Positions 18,665 through 26,189 of a stretch of 48,853 nt of DNA are shown one piece after another. Source of the stretch: a bacterium (GTDB taxonomy: Bacteria; Patescibacteriota; Patescibacteriia; Patescibacteriales; GWC2-42-12); the NCBI GenBank assembly GCA_030655095.1, contig JAURWF010000062.1, forward strand, positions 1 through 48,853, in the 5' to 3' direction. Below the pieces are notes generated by a model. That model did not search any database. It worked only from the letters and a program-made list of their open reading frames with translations, and was not told the origin of the DNA. Every line of letters begins with the position of its first letter. Positions within the stretch are counted from its first letter, which is position 1. The position numbers and the translations under genes were made by a program.

Positions 18665-20017
18665 TTATACTCCTTTCCTACTCAATACAGTGGCTATTGT
18701 TTTTAAAATTATTGATAAGTCTAAATAAATAGATCTGTTTTTTATATAAAATAAATCATATTGTAATTTTTTAAAACTATCTTCTTGTGATGGCGAATGG
18801 TATTCGCCGGAAACTTGATCAGCACCTGAAAGGCCAGGCTTAATCAAAAGTCTTTCGTTGTAAAAAGGAATATGTTTTTCAAGTTCTTTTGCTATTTCTG
18901 GTCTTTCTGGACGAGGTCCAATAAAGCTCATTTCTCCTTTTATAATATTTAATAATTGTGGTAACTCATCAATTCTTGTTTTTCTTAAAAATGAGCCAAA
19001 TTTAGTTATCCGTTGGTCATTAATATGAGTAGGGGAGTAATCATTGTTTTCTTCGCGCATTGTTCTGAATTTAATTAGTTTAAAAATTTTATGATTTTTG
19101 CCTAGTCGTTGCATAATAAAAAAGACCGATCCTCTACTGGTTATTTTTATGATTATAGCAATGATAAGCCAGAATGGCAAAGTTATTAATAAAATAATTA
19201 AAGCTAATAGAAAATCATAAAATCTTTTAAAATAATCAAACCAAATTTTATTATTTTCGTTTAATTTTTCTAAAAACCACATTTGATTAATAGCTTCTAG
19301 CGGCACTTTTTTTGTGATTATTTCGTAAAAATCAGTTAAGCTAAAATAATTTATTTTTAGTGAAAGACAATTAAACAGCGCAGACCGTAATTCAGGTGAT
19401 TGGTGCGGGTCGTTGGTAAAAATTATTTGTGTTATTTTATTTTTTCTAATTAGCTCTGTTAAATCTTTTAGATCTTTAATCACGGGAATGTTGTTAATAT
19501 TTGTATCTTTATCAGTATCATTAACAATCAGAGAAATAATATAGCCTAGATGTGGTTTTTTTTGTAGCTCTTTGATTAATTCTTCTGCTAATTTATTATA
19601 GCCGATAAAAGCTATTTTATTTTTTGGTAAATATGCTTTAAGCGACCAGTTATAAAATTGACGCCAAAGATAAAATAATATTGTAAAAATTATAATATAT
19701 ATAAATAGATTTTTTTTAGGAGCAATTCCGATATTAGGAATTAAATAGAAAAATAATACAGAAGTTAAACTAGCTACAACCAACGCTTTACTGCTTATTT
19801 GAAAGAAAAAGAGATTATTAATAGCTAGATTTAAATTATAAAGATTAGCGATATAAAAAATAATTAACCATAATAAAAAAATTATAGAAAAAGGCCAAAA
19901 ATGTATTTCCAATAATTCTGTATTAAAATAGCGGATTAATAAAGTAAGATAAAGAGAGAAATAGAGAATAACTATGTCTCCACCGAGTAAAATAACTTTT
20001 TTAAATTTATTATTCAT
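18665..20017 (-). CDS. Polyprenyl-phosphate glycosyl-1-phosphate transferase (WbaP/WcaJ-type initiating enzyme)
   Basis: 450 aa. N-terminal transmembrane helices, then a C-terminal sugar-transferase domain with DELPQLLNIIKGEMSFIGPRPERPE. Confidence 0.8.
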   Translation of the reverse strand: MNNKFKKVILLGGDIVILYFSLYLTLLIRYFNTELLEIHFWPFSIIFLLWLIIFYIANLYNLNLAINNLFFFQISSKALVVASLTSVLFFYLIPNIGIAPKKNLFIYIIIFTILFYLWRQFYNWSLKAYLPKNKIAFIGYNKLAEELIKELQKKPHLGYIISLIVNDTDKDTNINNIPVIKDLKDLTELIRKNKITQIIFTNDPHQSPELRSALFNCLSLKINYFSLTDFYEIITKKVPLEAINQMWFLEKLNENNKIWFDYFKRFYDFLLALIILLITLPFWLIIAIIIKITSRGSVFFIMQRLGKNHKIFKLIKFRTMREENNDYSPTHINDQRITKFGSFLRKTRIDELPQLLNIIKGEMSFIGPRPERPEIAKELEKHIPFYNERLLIKPGLSGADQVSGEYHSPSQEDSFKKLQYDLFYIKNRSIYLDLSIILKTIATVLSRKGV

Positions 20018-20076
20018 TGGATTAATATAACAAAAAAAGGCTTAAAAAGCAAAATTATAAAAATATTAATTTAAGA

Positions 20077-20105
20077 TTGACAAAATTTAATCCATTTGAT
20101 AAGTT
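20077..20105 (+). promoter_or_regulatory. Promoter candidate TTGACA-N17-TAAGTT with TGn extended -10
   Basis: ttgaca at 20077-20082 and tgataagtt at 20097-20105, about 65 nt upstream of lysA. Confidence 0.35.
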
Positions 20106-20169
20106 GGGCATATTAAATGAACCTTGAAAAACAGCTTAAAAAGGAAATAAAAAAAGGAGGAAAAAGATC

Positions 20170-21432
20170 ATGATGACAAAAGAATTTGAGGAAAGATTAT
20201 TCTCGCGATTGCCAGCAATCGTTGAGCATTTCGGCACCCCTTTTCATATCTATGATGAAGAGGGAATTATTGAAAACGGAAAAGAATTAAAAAATCTATT
20301 TTCCGGAGTAGAGGGATTTCAGGAGTTTTTTGCAGTTAAAGCAAATCCAAATTTTGAGATATTAAAAATCATGAAAAAATTAGGATTTGGATTTGACTGC
20401 AGTTCTATCCCAGAGCTTATTCTGGCTCGTAAAGCAGGGGCGTTACCTGAAGAGATAATGTTCTCTTCAAACAACACATCCACGGCTGAGTTTATTGAGG
20501 CGACAAAAAACGGCAGTTGTTTGCTGAATCTGGATGATATCAGTATGATCAATAAGGTTCCTGCGTTTCCAGAACTAATTTGCTTTAGATATAATCCGGG
20601 CGAACGACGGACTGGAAATGAAATTATCGGGAATCCGGCAGATTCAAAATACGGAGTTCGCCATGATCAGATTGTTGAGGCTTATAAAATGGCAATGAAG
20701 CGGCAGGCAAAACGGTTCGGGCTGCATACTATGATTTGCTCCAATCAACCGGATTACACTTACATGACGAAAACCGTCAATATGTTGTTGGAAGTCGTAG
20801 AAATGGTTTCTGAAGCCTTGGGAATTAAATTTGAGTTTATCAATGTAGGCGGTGGAATTGGAATTCCATATAAACTTGATGATAAACCGTTTAATATGTC
20901 AGCATTTGCCGAAGAAGCCAAGATATTGCTGGATCAGTTTAATCAAAAGCATGGATATGCGCCAAAGTTTTTTATGGAGTCTGGCCGTTATATGGTTGGA
21001 CCTCATGGCGTATTGGTAACGAAAGTTATTAATCGTATGAGTAAGTATAAAGAATATGTTGGAGTTGATGCTTCTTGCATATCATCAATGATGCGACCAG
21101 CTATTTACTATCCTGAGGGCGGTTATCATCATATTTCAGTGTTTGGGAAAGATAATGGTCCAACTGAGAGGGTGAATGTAGTCGGGTCTGCCTGTGAAAA
21201 TAATGATCAGTTTGGCAGGGATCGTGAACTGCCAAAAATTGTTGAAGGAGATGTCGTTATTGTTCACGACACTGGTGCTCATTGTTATGTAATGGCGTCT
21301 AATTATAACGGACGGCTACGTCTACAGGAGGTGATGTTGCGTAGTAATGGTAACGTGGAATTAATCCGACGAGCAGAAACGCCTGAGGATTATTTCCGAA
21401 CGATGTTTGATTTTGAGCCAAAAACTCTTTAA
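20170..21432 (+). CDS. lysA: Diaminopimelate decarboxylase family (PLP-dependent)
   Basis: FAVKANPN (PLP lysine), GGGIGIPY, ESGRYMVGPHG and GSACENNDQF motifs. AGGAGG at 20155-20160 lies 9 nt before the ATG. Confidence 0.75.
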   Translation: MMTKEFEERLFSRLPAIVEHFGTPFHIYDEEGIIENGKELKNLFSGVEGFQEFFAVKANPNFEILKIMKKLGFGFDCSSIPELILARKAGALPEEIMFSSNNTSTAEFIEATKNGSCLLNLDDISMINKVPAFPELICFRYNPGERRTGNEIIGNPADSKYGVRHDQIVEAYKMAMKRQAKRFGLHTMICSNQPDYTYMTKTVNMLLEVVEMVSEALGIKFEFINVGGGIGIPYKLDDKPFNMSAFAEEAKILLDQFNQKHGYAPKFFMESGRYMVGPHGVLVTKVINRMSKYKEYVGVDASCISSMMRPAIYYPEGGYHHISVFGKDNGPTERVNVVGSACENNDQFGRDRELPKIVEGDVVIVHDTGAHCYVMASNYNGRLRLQEVMLRSNGNVELIRRAETPEDYFRTMFDFEPKTL

Positions 21433-21481
21433 TGCATAAATTGCAAAAGGAGAAAAAATAAAAGTTAAGGAGGTTTAAGAA

Positions 21482-22657
21482 ATGAAAGTTATTGCATCTA
21501 AAAGAGTTCAAAGTATTGGTGGATATGCTTTTGCAGAAATAGACAAAAAAGTGGCAGAGGCAAAAGCAAGAGGGGTAGATGTCATTGATTTTGGCGTTGG
21601 CGATCCGACTGATCCTACGCCAAAATTTATTAGAAATGCTTGCAAGAAAGGCGTTGACAACAGAGCCAGCTCAGGTTACCCGAGCTACATTGGTTCTTTA
21701 GAATATCGCTCAGCTATTGCTACATGGGTGGCAAATCGTTTTGGGATTGTGCTTGATCCTAAAACAGAAATTTGTTCAACAATCGGGGCTAAAGAGGGAG
21801 TATTTCATTTTCCTTTTGGGTTTGTTAACCCAGGAGATTATGTACTCTGTCCTACCCCAGGATATCCGCCGTATAGTCGTGGCACACTTTTTGCCGGAGG
21901 GATCCCTTGGTTTTATCCTCTTTTGGAAAGAAACAATTTCTTCCCAGATTTTAAAAGCATTCCAGAGGAGATTGCTAAGAAGAGTAAAATTCTTTGGCTG
22001 AATTATCCAAATAGTCCTACGGGGGAATGCGCCACAAGGGAAATATATGAGCAAGCTATTGAGTTTGCTCAGCGTTATAACATTATTATTGCTTCGGACG
22101 AGTGTTATAGCGAGATCTATTTTGGTGAAAAGCCAATTTCTATTCTTGAATTAGCTAAAGAGGGGGCGGTAGTTTTTCAGTCATTTTCTAAGCCATATAA
22201 AATGACTGGGTACAGAGTTGGTTGGGCCATGGGTGATAGCAGAATCATAGATGTTTTTAAAAAAGTGAAGACAAATTTTGATTCCGGCACACCCACATTC
22301 ATTCAGGACGCAGCTATTGTTGCCATGGAAGAGTTAACTCATGTGGAATGTGCTCGAGAAGAATATCGGAAACGTCGGGATGTCATAGTTGAAGCTCTTG
22401 TTTCGGTCGGCTTAAAGAGGTGTCAGCCAGAGGGAACTTTCTATATTTGGCAAAAAGTTCCTAAAGGAATGACTTCTGTGAAATTTGCCGAAGTACTTTT
22501 GGAACAATGCGAAATAGTAGTAACTCCTGGTGAGGCTATTTCGGAAATAGTAGCAGACGAAACAAACCCAGGGCGGGACTTTGTTCGTTTTGCTCTTGTT
22601 CCTTCTTTGGAAAGAATCAAAGAAGCTGCAGAGCGAATAAGAAATCTAAAATTTTAG
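21482..22657 (+). CDS. dapL: LL-diaminopimelate aminotransferase-like class I aminotransferase
   Basis: GGYAFAEIDKKV...DFGVGDPTDPTP, LNYPNSPTG and SFSKPYKMTGYRVGW (PLP lysine). It sits between lysA and dapB. AAGGAGG at 21467-21473. Confidence 0.65.
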   Translation: MKVIASKRVQSIGGYAFAEIDKKVAEAKARGVDVIDFGVGDPTDPTPKFIRNACKKGVDNRASSGYPSYIGSLEYRSAIATWVANRFGIVLDPKTEICSTIGAKEGVFHFPFGFVNPGDYVLCPTPGYPPYSRGTLFAGGIPWFYPLLERNNFFPDFKSIPEEIAKKSKILWLNYPNSPTGECATREIYEQAIEFAQRYNIIIASDECYSEIYFGEKPISILELAKEGAVVFQSFSKPYKMTGYRVGWAMGDSRIIDVFKKVKTNFDSGTPTFIQDAAIVAMEELTHVECAREEYRKRRDVIVEALVSVGLKRCQPEGTFYIWQKVPKGMTSVKFAEVLLEQCEIVVTPGEAISEIVADETNPGRDFVRFALVPSLERIKEAAERIRNLKF

Positions 22658-22667
22658 GAGGTGTCAG

Positions 22668-23450
22668 ATGATGATTAAGGTAATAGTAAATGGAGCTGGA
22701 GGGAGTATGGGGAGGCTAATTAGTAAATATCTGTATCCTCAAAATGATATGGATTTAGTAGATGTAGTCGATCCAAAGGGTGGTACTTTGTTACTCAAGA
22801 CAATTAAAGCATCTGTTAAAGATGCGGTTGAAAACAATTGTTGCGACTTAATAGTGGATTTCACCCAGCCTAATGCTGTAAACGCAAATGCCGAGCTTTA
22901 CTGCAAGTACAATATTCCATTTGTAATGGGCACCACTGGCGGAGACAGGGAAAAACTGGCGCAAGTTGTTAAGGACAGCAATGTTTCGGCAGTTATTGCT
23001 CCAAATATGGCAAAGCAAGTTGTAGCCTTTCAGTCCATGATGGAATATGCTGCCGAAACTTTTCCCAACGCTTTTGAAGGATTTTCCTTGGAAATTGTGG
23101 AAAGTCATCAGGAGAGTAAAAAGGATACCAGCGGTACAGCTAAAGCCATGGTGGGTTATTTTAATAAGCTGAGTATTCCTTTTGATCCAGGTCAAATTGA
23201 AATGATCCGAGATCCTGAGGCGCAAAGAGCGATGGGTATTCCTGAAGAAGATCTTGGCGGACATGGTTGGCACACTTACGATTTAGTTTCTGCTGACGAA
23301 ACGGTAAACCTGAAGTTTACGCACAATATCAACGGTCGAGTCCCATATGTTCTCGGCACGCTTGATGCCATTCGATTTCTATATAAAAAGATTCAGGAGG
23401 GATCAAAAGGAGAGGTATTTTCTATGATAGATGTCTTAAAAGGCATTTGA
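22668..23450 (+). CDS. dapB: 4-hydroxy-tetrahydrodipicolinate reductase
   Basis: VNGAGGSMGR Rossmann motif and ESHQESKKDTSGTAKA (compare the E-x-HH-x-x-K-x-D-A-P-S-G-T-A signature). AGGAGG at 22656-22661. Confidence 0.7.
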   Translation: MMIKVIVNGAGGSMGRLISKYLYPQNDMDLVDVVDPKGGTLLLKTIKASVKDAVENNCCDLIVDFTQPNAVNANAELYCKYNIPFVMGTTGGDREKLAQVVKDSNVSAVIAPNMAKQVVAFQSMMEYAAETFPNAFEGFSLEIVESHQESKKDTSGTAKAMVGYFNKLSIPFDPGQIEMIRDPEAQRAMGIPEEDLGGHGWHTYDLVSADETVNLKFTHNINGRVPYVLGTLDAIRFLYKKIQEGSKGEVFSMIDVLKGI

Positions 23451-23476
23451 TCATAGATAGAAGGATTGAAACTTGA

Positions 23477-23526
23477 GACAGGGGAGAAAATGGAAAAAAT
23501 TTTCCAACCCCTGTCCTTTTTTATTT
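23477..23526 (+). terminator. Rho-independent terminator after dapB
   Basis: gacagggg (23477-23484) pairs with cccctgtc (23508-23515). A T-rich run ctttttttattt follows. Confidence 0.8.
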
Positions 23527-23608
23527 AAATTCAATGAATAATAATTAAATTTTTAAAATTTGCTTTTTAAGTTAATAGTTGTTATGATAATAATCACTTA
23601 GAAAAGAG

Positions 23609-23645
23609 ATTGCCGCGTCGCTATGATTACATAGCTCCTCGCAAT
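23609..23645. repeat. Short GC-containing imperfect palindromic element
   Basis: attgc/gcaat (23609-13 and 23641-45) and gctatg/catagc (23620-25 and 23630-35) form a two-tier hairpin. It stands out in AT-rich spacer. Confidence 0.4.
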
Positions 23646-23658
23646 GACAGTGTTGTTT

Positions 23659-23785
23659 GACTTTTTTGATTTTATAGACTTTACAGACTTTTGACTTTTT
23701 TGACTTTACAGACTTTATAGACTTTACAGACTTTACAGACTTTTGACTTTTGACTTTTGACTTTACGGACTTTATGGACTTTTAA
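23659..23785. repeat. Array A: about 14 tandem GACTTT-cored words (7-9 nt period), ending 9 nt before the lepB ATG
   Basis: Units start at 23659, 23677, 23686, 23693, 23702, 23711, 23720, 23729, 23738, 23745, 23752, 23759, 23768 and 23777. Forms are gactttaca, gactttata, gactttt and gactttacg. Confidence 0.9.
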
Positions 23786-23794
23786 CTAATCCCT

Positions 23795-24358
23795 ATGCTT
23801 AAAAATTTTTTTGTTTTTGTTTTTGAATTGACAAAAGTTGTTCTTATTTCTTTAGCTATTATTATTCCTATTAGATATTTTTTAATTCAGCCATTTTATG
23901 TCAAAGGAGCTTCTATGGAGCCTAATTTTCATGATAGTGAATATTTAATTATCGATGAAATTAGTTATCGTTTTAATCAGCCAAAGAGAGGTGATATAAT
24001 AGTTTTTAAATATCCACGCAATCCGCAGGAATATTTTATTAAAAGAATTGTTGGTTTACCAAATGAAAAAGTACAAGTAAGAGATGGCGAAATTTATATT
24101 TTTAATAAAGAAAATCCATTAGGCATTAAGATAGATGAACCATATTTAGCTGATGGAGTAAAAACTAACGGATCTGACGAAGAGGTTATTAGTTTAAAAA
24201 ATGATGAATATTATGTTCTTGGCGATAATAGAAATTTTTCCAAAGATTCCCGTAGTTTTGGTCCTGTAAATAAAAGTTTTGTTGTTGGTAGAGTGTTATT
24301 GCGTGGCTGGCCGTTTGATAAAGTGAATTTATTTCCTGTTCAGCAATATAGTTTTTAG
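23795..24358 (+). CDS. lepB: Signal peptidase I
   Basis: N-terminal transmembrane helix, GASMEPNF (catalytic Ser), KRIVGLPNE (catalytic Lys) and GDNRNFSKDSR. Confidence 0.9.
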   Translation: MLKNFFVFVFELTKVVLISLAIIIPIRYFLIQPFYVKGASMEPNFHDSEYLIIDEISYRFNQPKRGDIIVFKYPRNPQEYFIKRIVGLPNEKVQVRDGEIYIFNKENPLGIKIDEPYLADGVKTNGSDEEVISLKNDEYYVLGDNRNFSKDSRSFGPVNKSFVVGRVLLRGWPFDKVNLFPVQQYSF

Positions 24359-24430
24359 TTAAAAGTCTATAAAGTCTATAAAGTCTGTAAAGTCCGTAAA
24401 GTTAAAAGTTAAAAGTTAAAAGTTTATAAA
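24359..24430. repeat. Array B: the same word family in reverse-complement orientation (AAAGTC/AAAGTT units)
   Basis: gttaaaagtc tataaagtc tataaagtc tgtaaagtc cgtaaagt taaaagt taaaagt taaaagt. Its reverse complement mirrors the 3' half of array A. Confidence 0.9.
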
Positions 24431-24445
24431 TTATAAAATTATATT

Positions 24446-25810
24446 ATGCAAAAATTTATTAGAAATAAGGGGAAAATTGAAGAAATTAAGCCTTTTAAGT
24501 CAAAAAATGGTAAGGTTTTTGCTCGTCTTAGAGGAATGAAAGATGTTTTGCCTGATGAATATAGATATTGGAGTTTAATTAGCAAGAAAATAAATGAATT
24601 AACTAAAACTTATGGTTATAAGAGAATAGATACTCCTATTTTAGAAAATGCTGAGTTATATGAACGTTCAACTGGTAAGACTAGCGATATTATTGCTAAA
24701 GAAATGTTTTCTTTTATAGATAAGAATGATGATAAAATAGCTCTTAGGCCAGAAGGTACTCCAGGAATAGTTCGATCTTATGTTGAGCACGGTATGTTTA
24801 ATTTGCCACAGCCTGTTAAATTGTTTTGGCTTGGGCAAGTTTTTCGTCATGATAAGCCACAGGCTGGTCGTTTTCGTCAATTTACTCAAATTGATTTAGA
24901 ATGTATTGGCGAGAAAGGGCCTGTAATTGACGCTCAATTGATTTTGATTGCTTATAATTTTTTTAAAGAACTGCAGATTGATATAATGATACAGATTAAT
25001 AGTATTGGTTGCTCAGAGTGTCGTAAAGCATATATTAATAAATTGGAAAATTATTATAAAGAAAGAGGTAATAGAACTAAATTATGCAATGACTGTAAAA
25101 GAAGATTGGGTAAAAATAGCCTACGTCTTTTAGATTGTAAAGAAGATCAATGTATTGCCATTAGTGCTGATGCGCCACAGATTATTGACTATTTGTGCGA
25201 GGAATGTAAAAATCATTTTGTCAAAGTTTTGGAATATTTGGATGAAGTTGAAGTACCTTATAATTTAAATTCACATTTAGTTAGAGGACTAGATTATTAT
25301 TCTAAAACTGTTTTTGAGATTTGGCCGATTGATGCTGATGATAGTAATGTTGAAGTAAGTCGTCAATTAGCATTGGGTGGAGGTGGGCGTTATGACGGAT
25401 TGGTTGAATATCTAGGAGGTAGACCAGCACCTGCTTGTGGCTTTGGTATAGGTGTAGAAAGGGTTATTTTAAAAATTAAAGAAAAAAATATCCCACTAAA
25501 AGATGATGATCAGGCTGATATATTTGTTGCTCAGCTCGGTGATCAAGCCAGACGAAAAGCTATGATATTATTTGAAGAATTGCGTCGAGCAGGATTACAA
25601 GTTAGACAGGATTTTTCTAAGGATAGTTTAAAAAATCAGTTAGAAGTTGCTAATAAACTTGGAACTAAATATAGTTTAATTTTAGGTCAGAAAGAAATCG
25701 TAGATGGGACAATTTTGATTAGAGATATGGAATCAGGCATTCAGGAAGTTGTTGATTTTAAAAAAATTAGACAAGAAATTACTAAAAGATTAAATAATGA
25801 GATAAAATAA
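24446..25810 (+). CDS. hisS: Histidine--tRNA ligase
   Basis: LRPEGTPG, FRHDKPQAGRFRQFTQ and GGGGRYD class II motifs. A Cys-rich insertion domain is present. Confidence 0.9.
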   Translation: MQKFIRNKGKIEEIKPFKSKNGKVFARLRGMKDVLPDEYRYWSLISKKINELTKTYGYKRIDTPILENAELYERSTGKTSDIIAKEMFSFIDKNDDKIALRPEGTPGIVRSYVEHGMFNLPQPVKLFWLGQVFRHDKPQAGRFRQFTQIDLECIGEKGPVIDAQLILIAYNFFKELQIDIMIQINSIGCSECRKAYINKLENYYKERGNRTKLCNDCKRRLGKNSLRLLDCKEDQCIAISADAPQIIDYLCEECKNHFVKVLEYLDEVEVPYNLNSHLVRGLDYYSKTVFEIWPIDADDSNVEVSRQLALGGGGRYDGLVEYLGGRPAPACGFGIGVERVILKIKEKNIPLKDDDQADIFVAQLGDQARRKAMILFEELRRAGLQVRQDFSKDSLKNQLEVANKLGTKYSLILGQKEIVDGTILIRDMESGIQEVVDFKKIRQEITKRLNNEIK

Positions 25811-25833
25811 TTATAATTTTTCTAGAAAGGTAG

Positions 25834-26079
25834 GTGGGATTTGTGGTAGAATTTAAAAGAAAAAAAGGAGAAAGTTTTGAAAGTTTTTTGCGTAGATTTA
25901 ACAAAAGACTTCAACAAAGCGGTGATTTAAAAGAAGCTCGTCAGTCTCAACATACTCAGCCAAAAATCAATAAGGCTAAGCAAAAAAAACGAGCCTTGGT
26001 TGGTATGCAATTGCATTCAGAAAGAGAATATTTAAAGAAGATCGGTAAATTAAAAGAAGAACCCAAAAAACGTTGGTAA
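25834..26079 (+). CDS. rpsU: 30S ribosomal protein S21
   Basis: ESFESFLRRFNKRLQQSGDLKEAR followed by a basic tail. The start is GTG at 25834 or 25843, so the exact start is uncertain. Confidence 0.7.
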   Translation: MGFVVEFKRKKGESFESFLRRFNKRLQQSGDLKEARQSQHTQPKINKAKQKKRALVGMQLHSEREYLKKIGKLKEEPKKRW

Positions 26080-26109
26080 AATAGGTAATACAAAATATAA
26101 AAAACGTAG

Positions 26110-26138
26110 GAACAGGGCACTGCCCTGTTCTTTTTTTT
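26110..26138 (+). terminator. Rho-independent terminator after rpsU
   Basis: gaacaggg / ccctgttc stem with loop cactg, followed by T8 (26131-26138). It lies between the convergent rpsU and rel genes. Confidence 0.75.
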
Positions 26139-26189
26139 GCACGACCCTGTTTTTCTGCATCGCTCTGTCCCTACATTTTTTATATTTTT

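Noticed and set aside
20018-20169. Lysine riboswitch (L-box) upstream of lysA
   Set aside because: The leader is only about 150 nt and very AT-rich. It shows none of the multi-helix GC-supported structure I would expect. Only a promoter-like TTGACA/TGnTAAGTT and an SD were seen.
20319-23273. Antisense or alternate-frame ORFs within the lysA-dapL-dapB block (20319-20552, 21299-21511, 21717-22001, 21776-22054, 22848-23273)
   Set aside because: They overlap strongly supported enzymes. The higher GC of the block lowers stop-codon frequency and produces longer spurious ORFs.
23659-23785. Possible CRISPR arrays (also 24359-24430 and 40357-40610)
   Set aside because: The units are only 7-9 nt and directly abut each other. 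There are no unique spacers, no 25-40 nt repeat and no cas genes. They are word arrays, not CRISPR.
24359-24445. T-box leader upstream of hisS
   Set aside because: The spacer is 87 nt and consists almost entirely of AAAGTC/AAAGTT words. That is too short for a T-box, and it lacks a specifier or T-box sequence.
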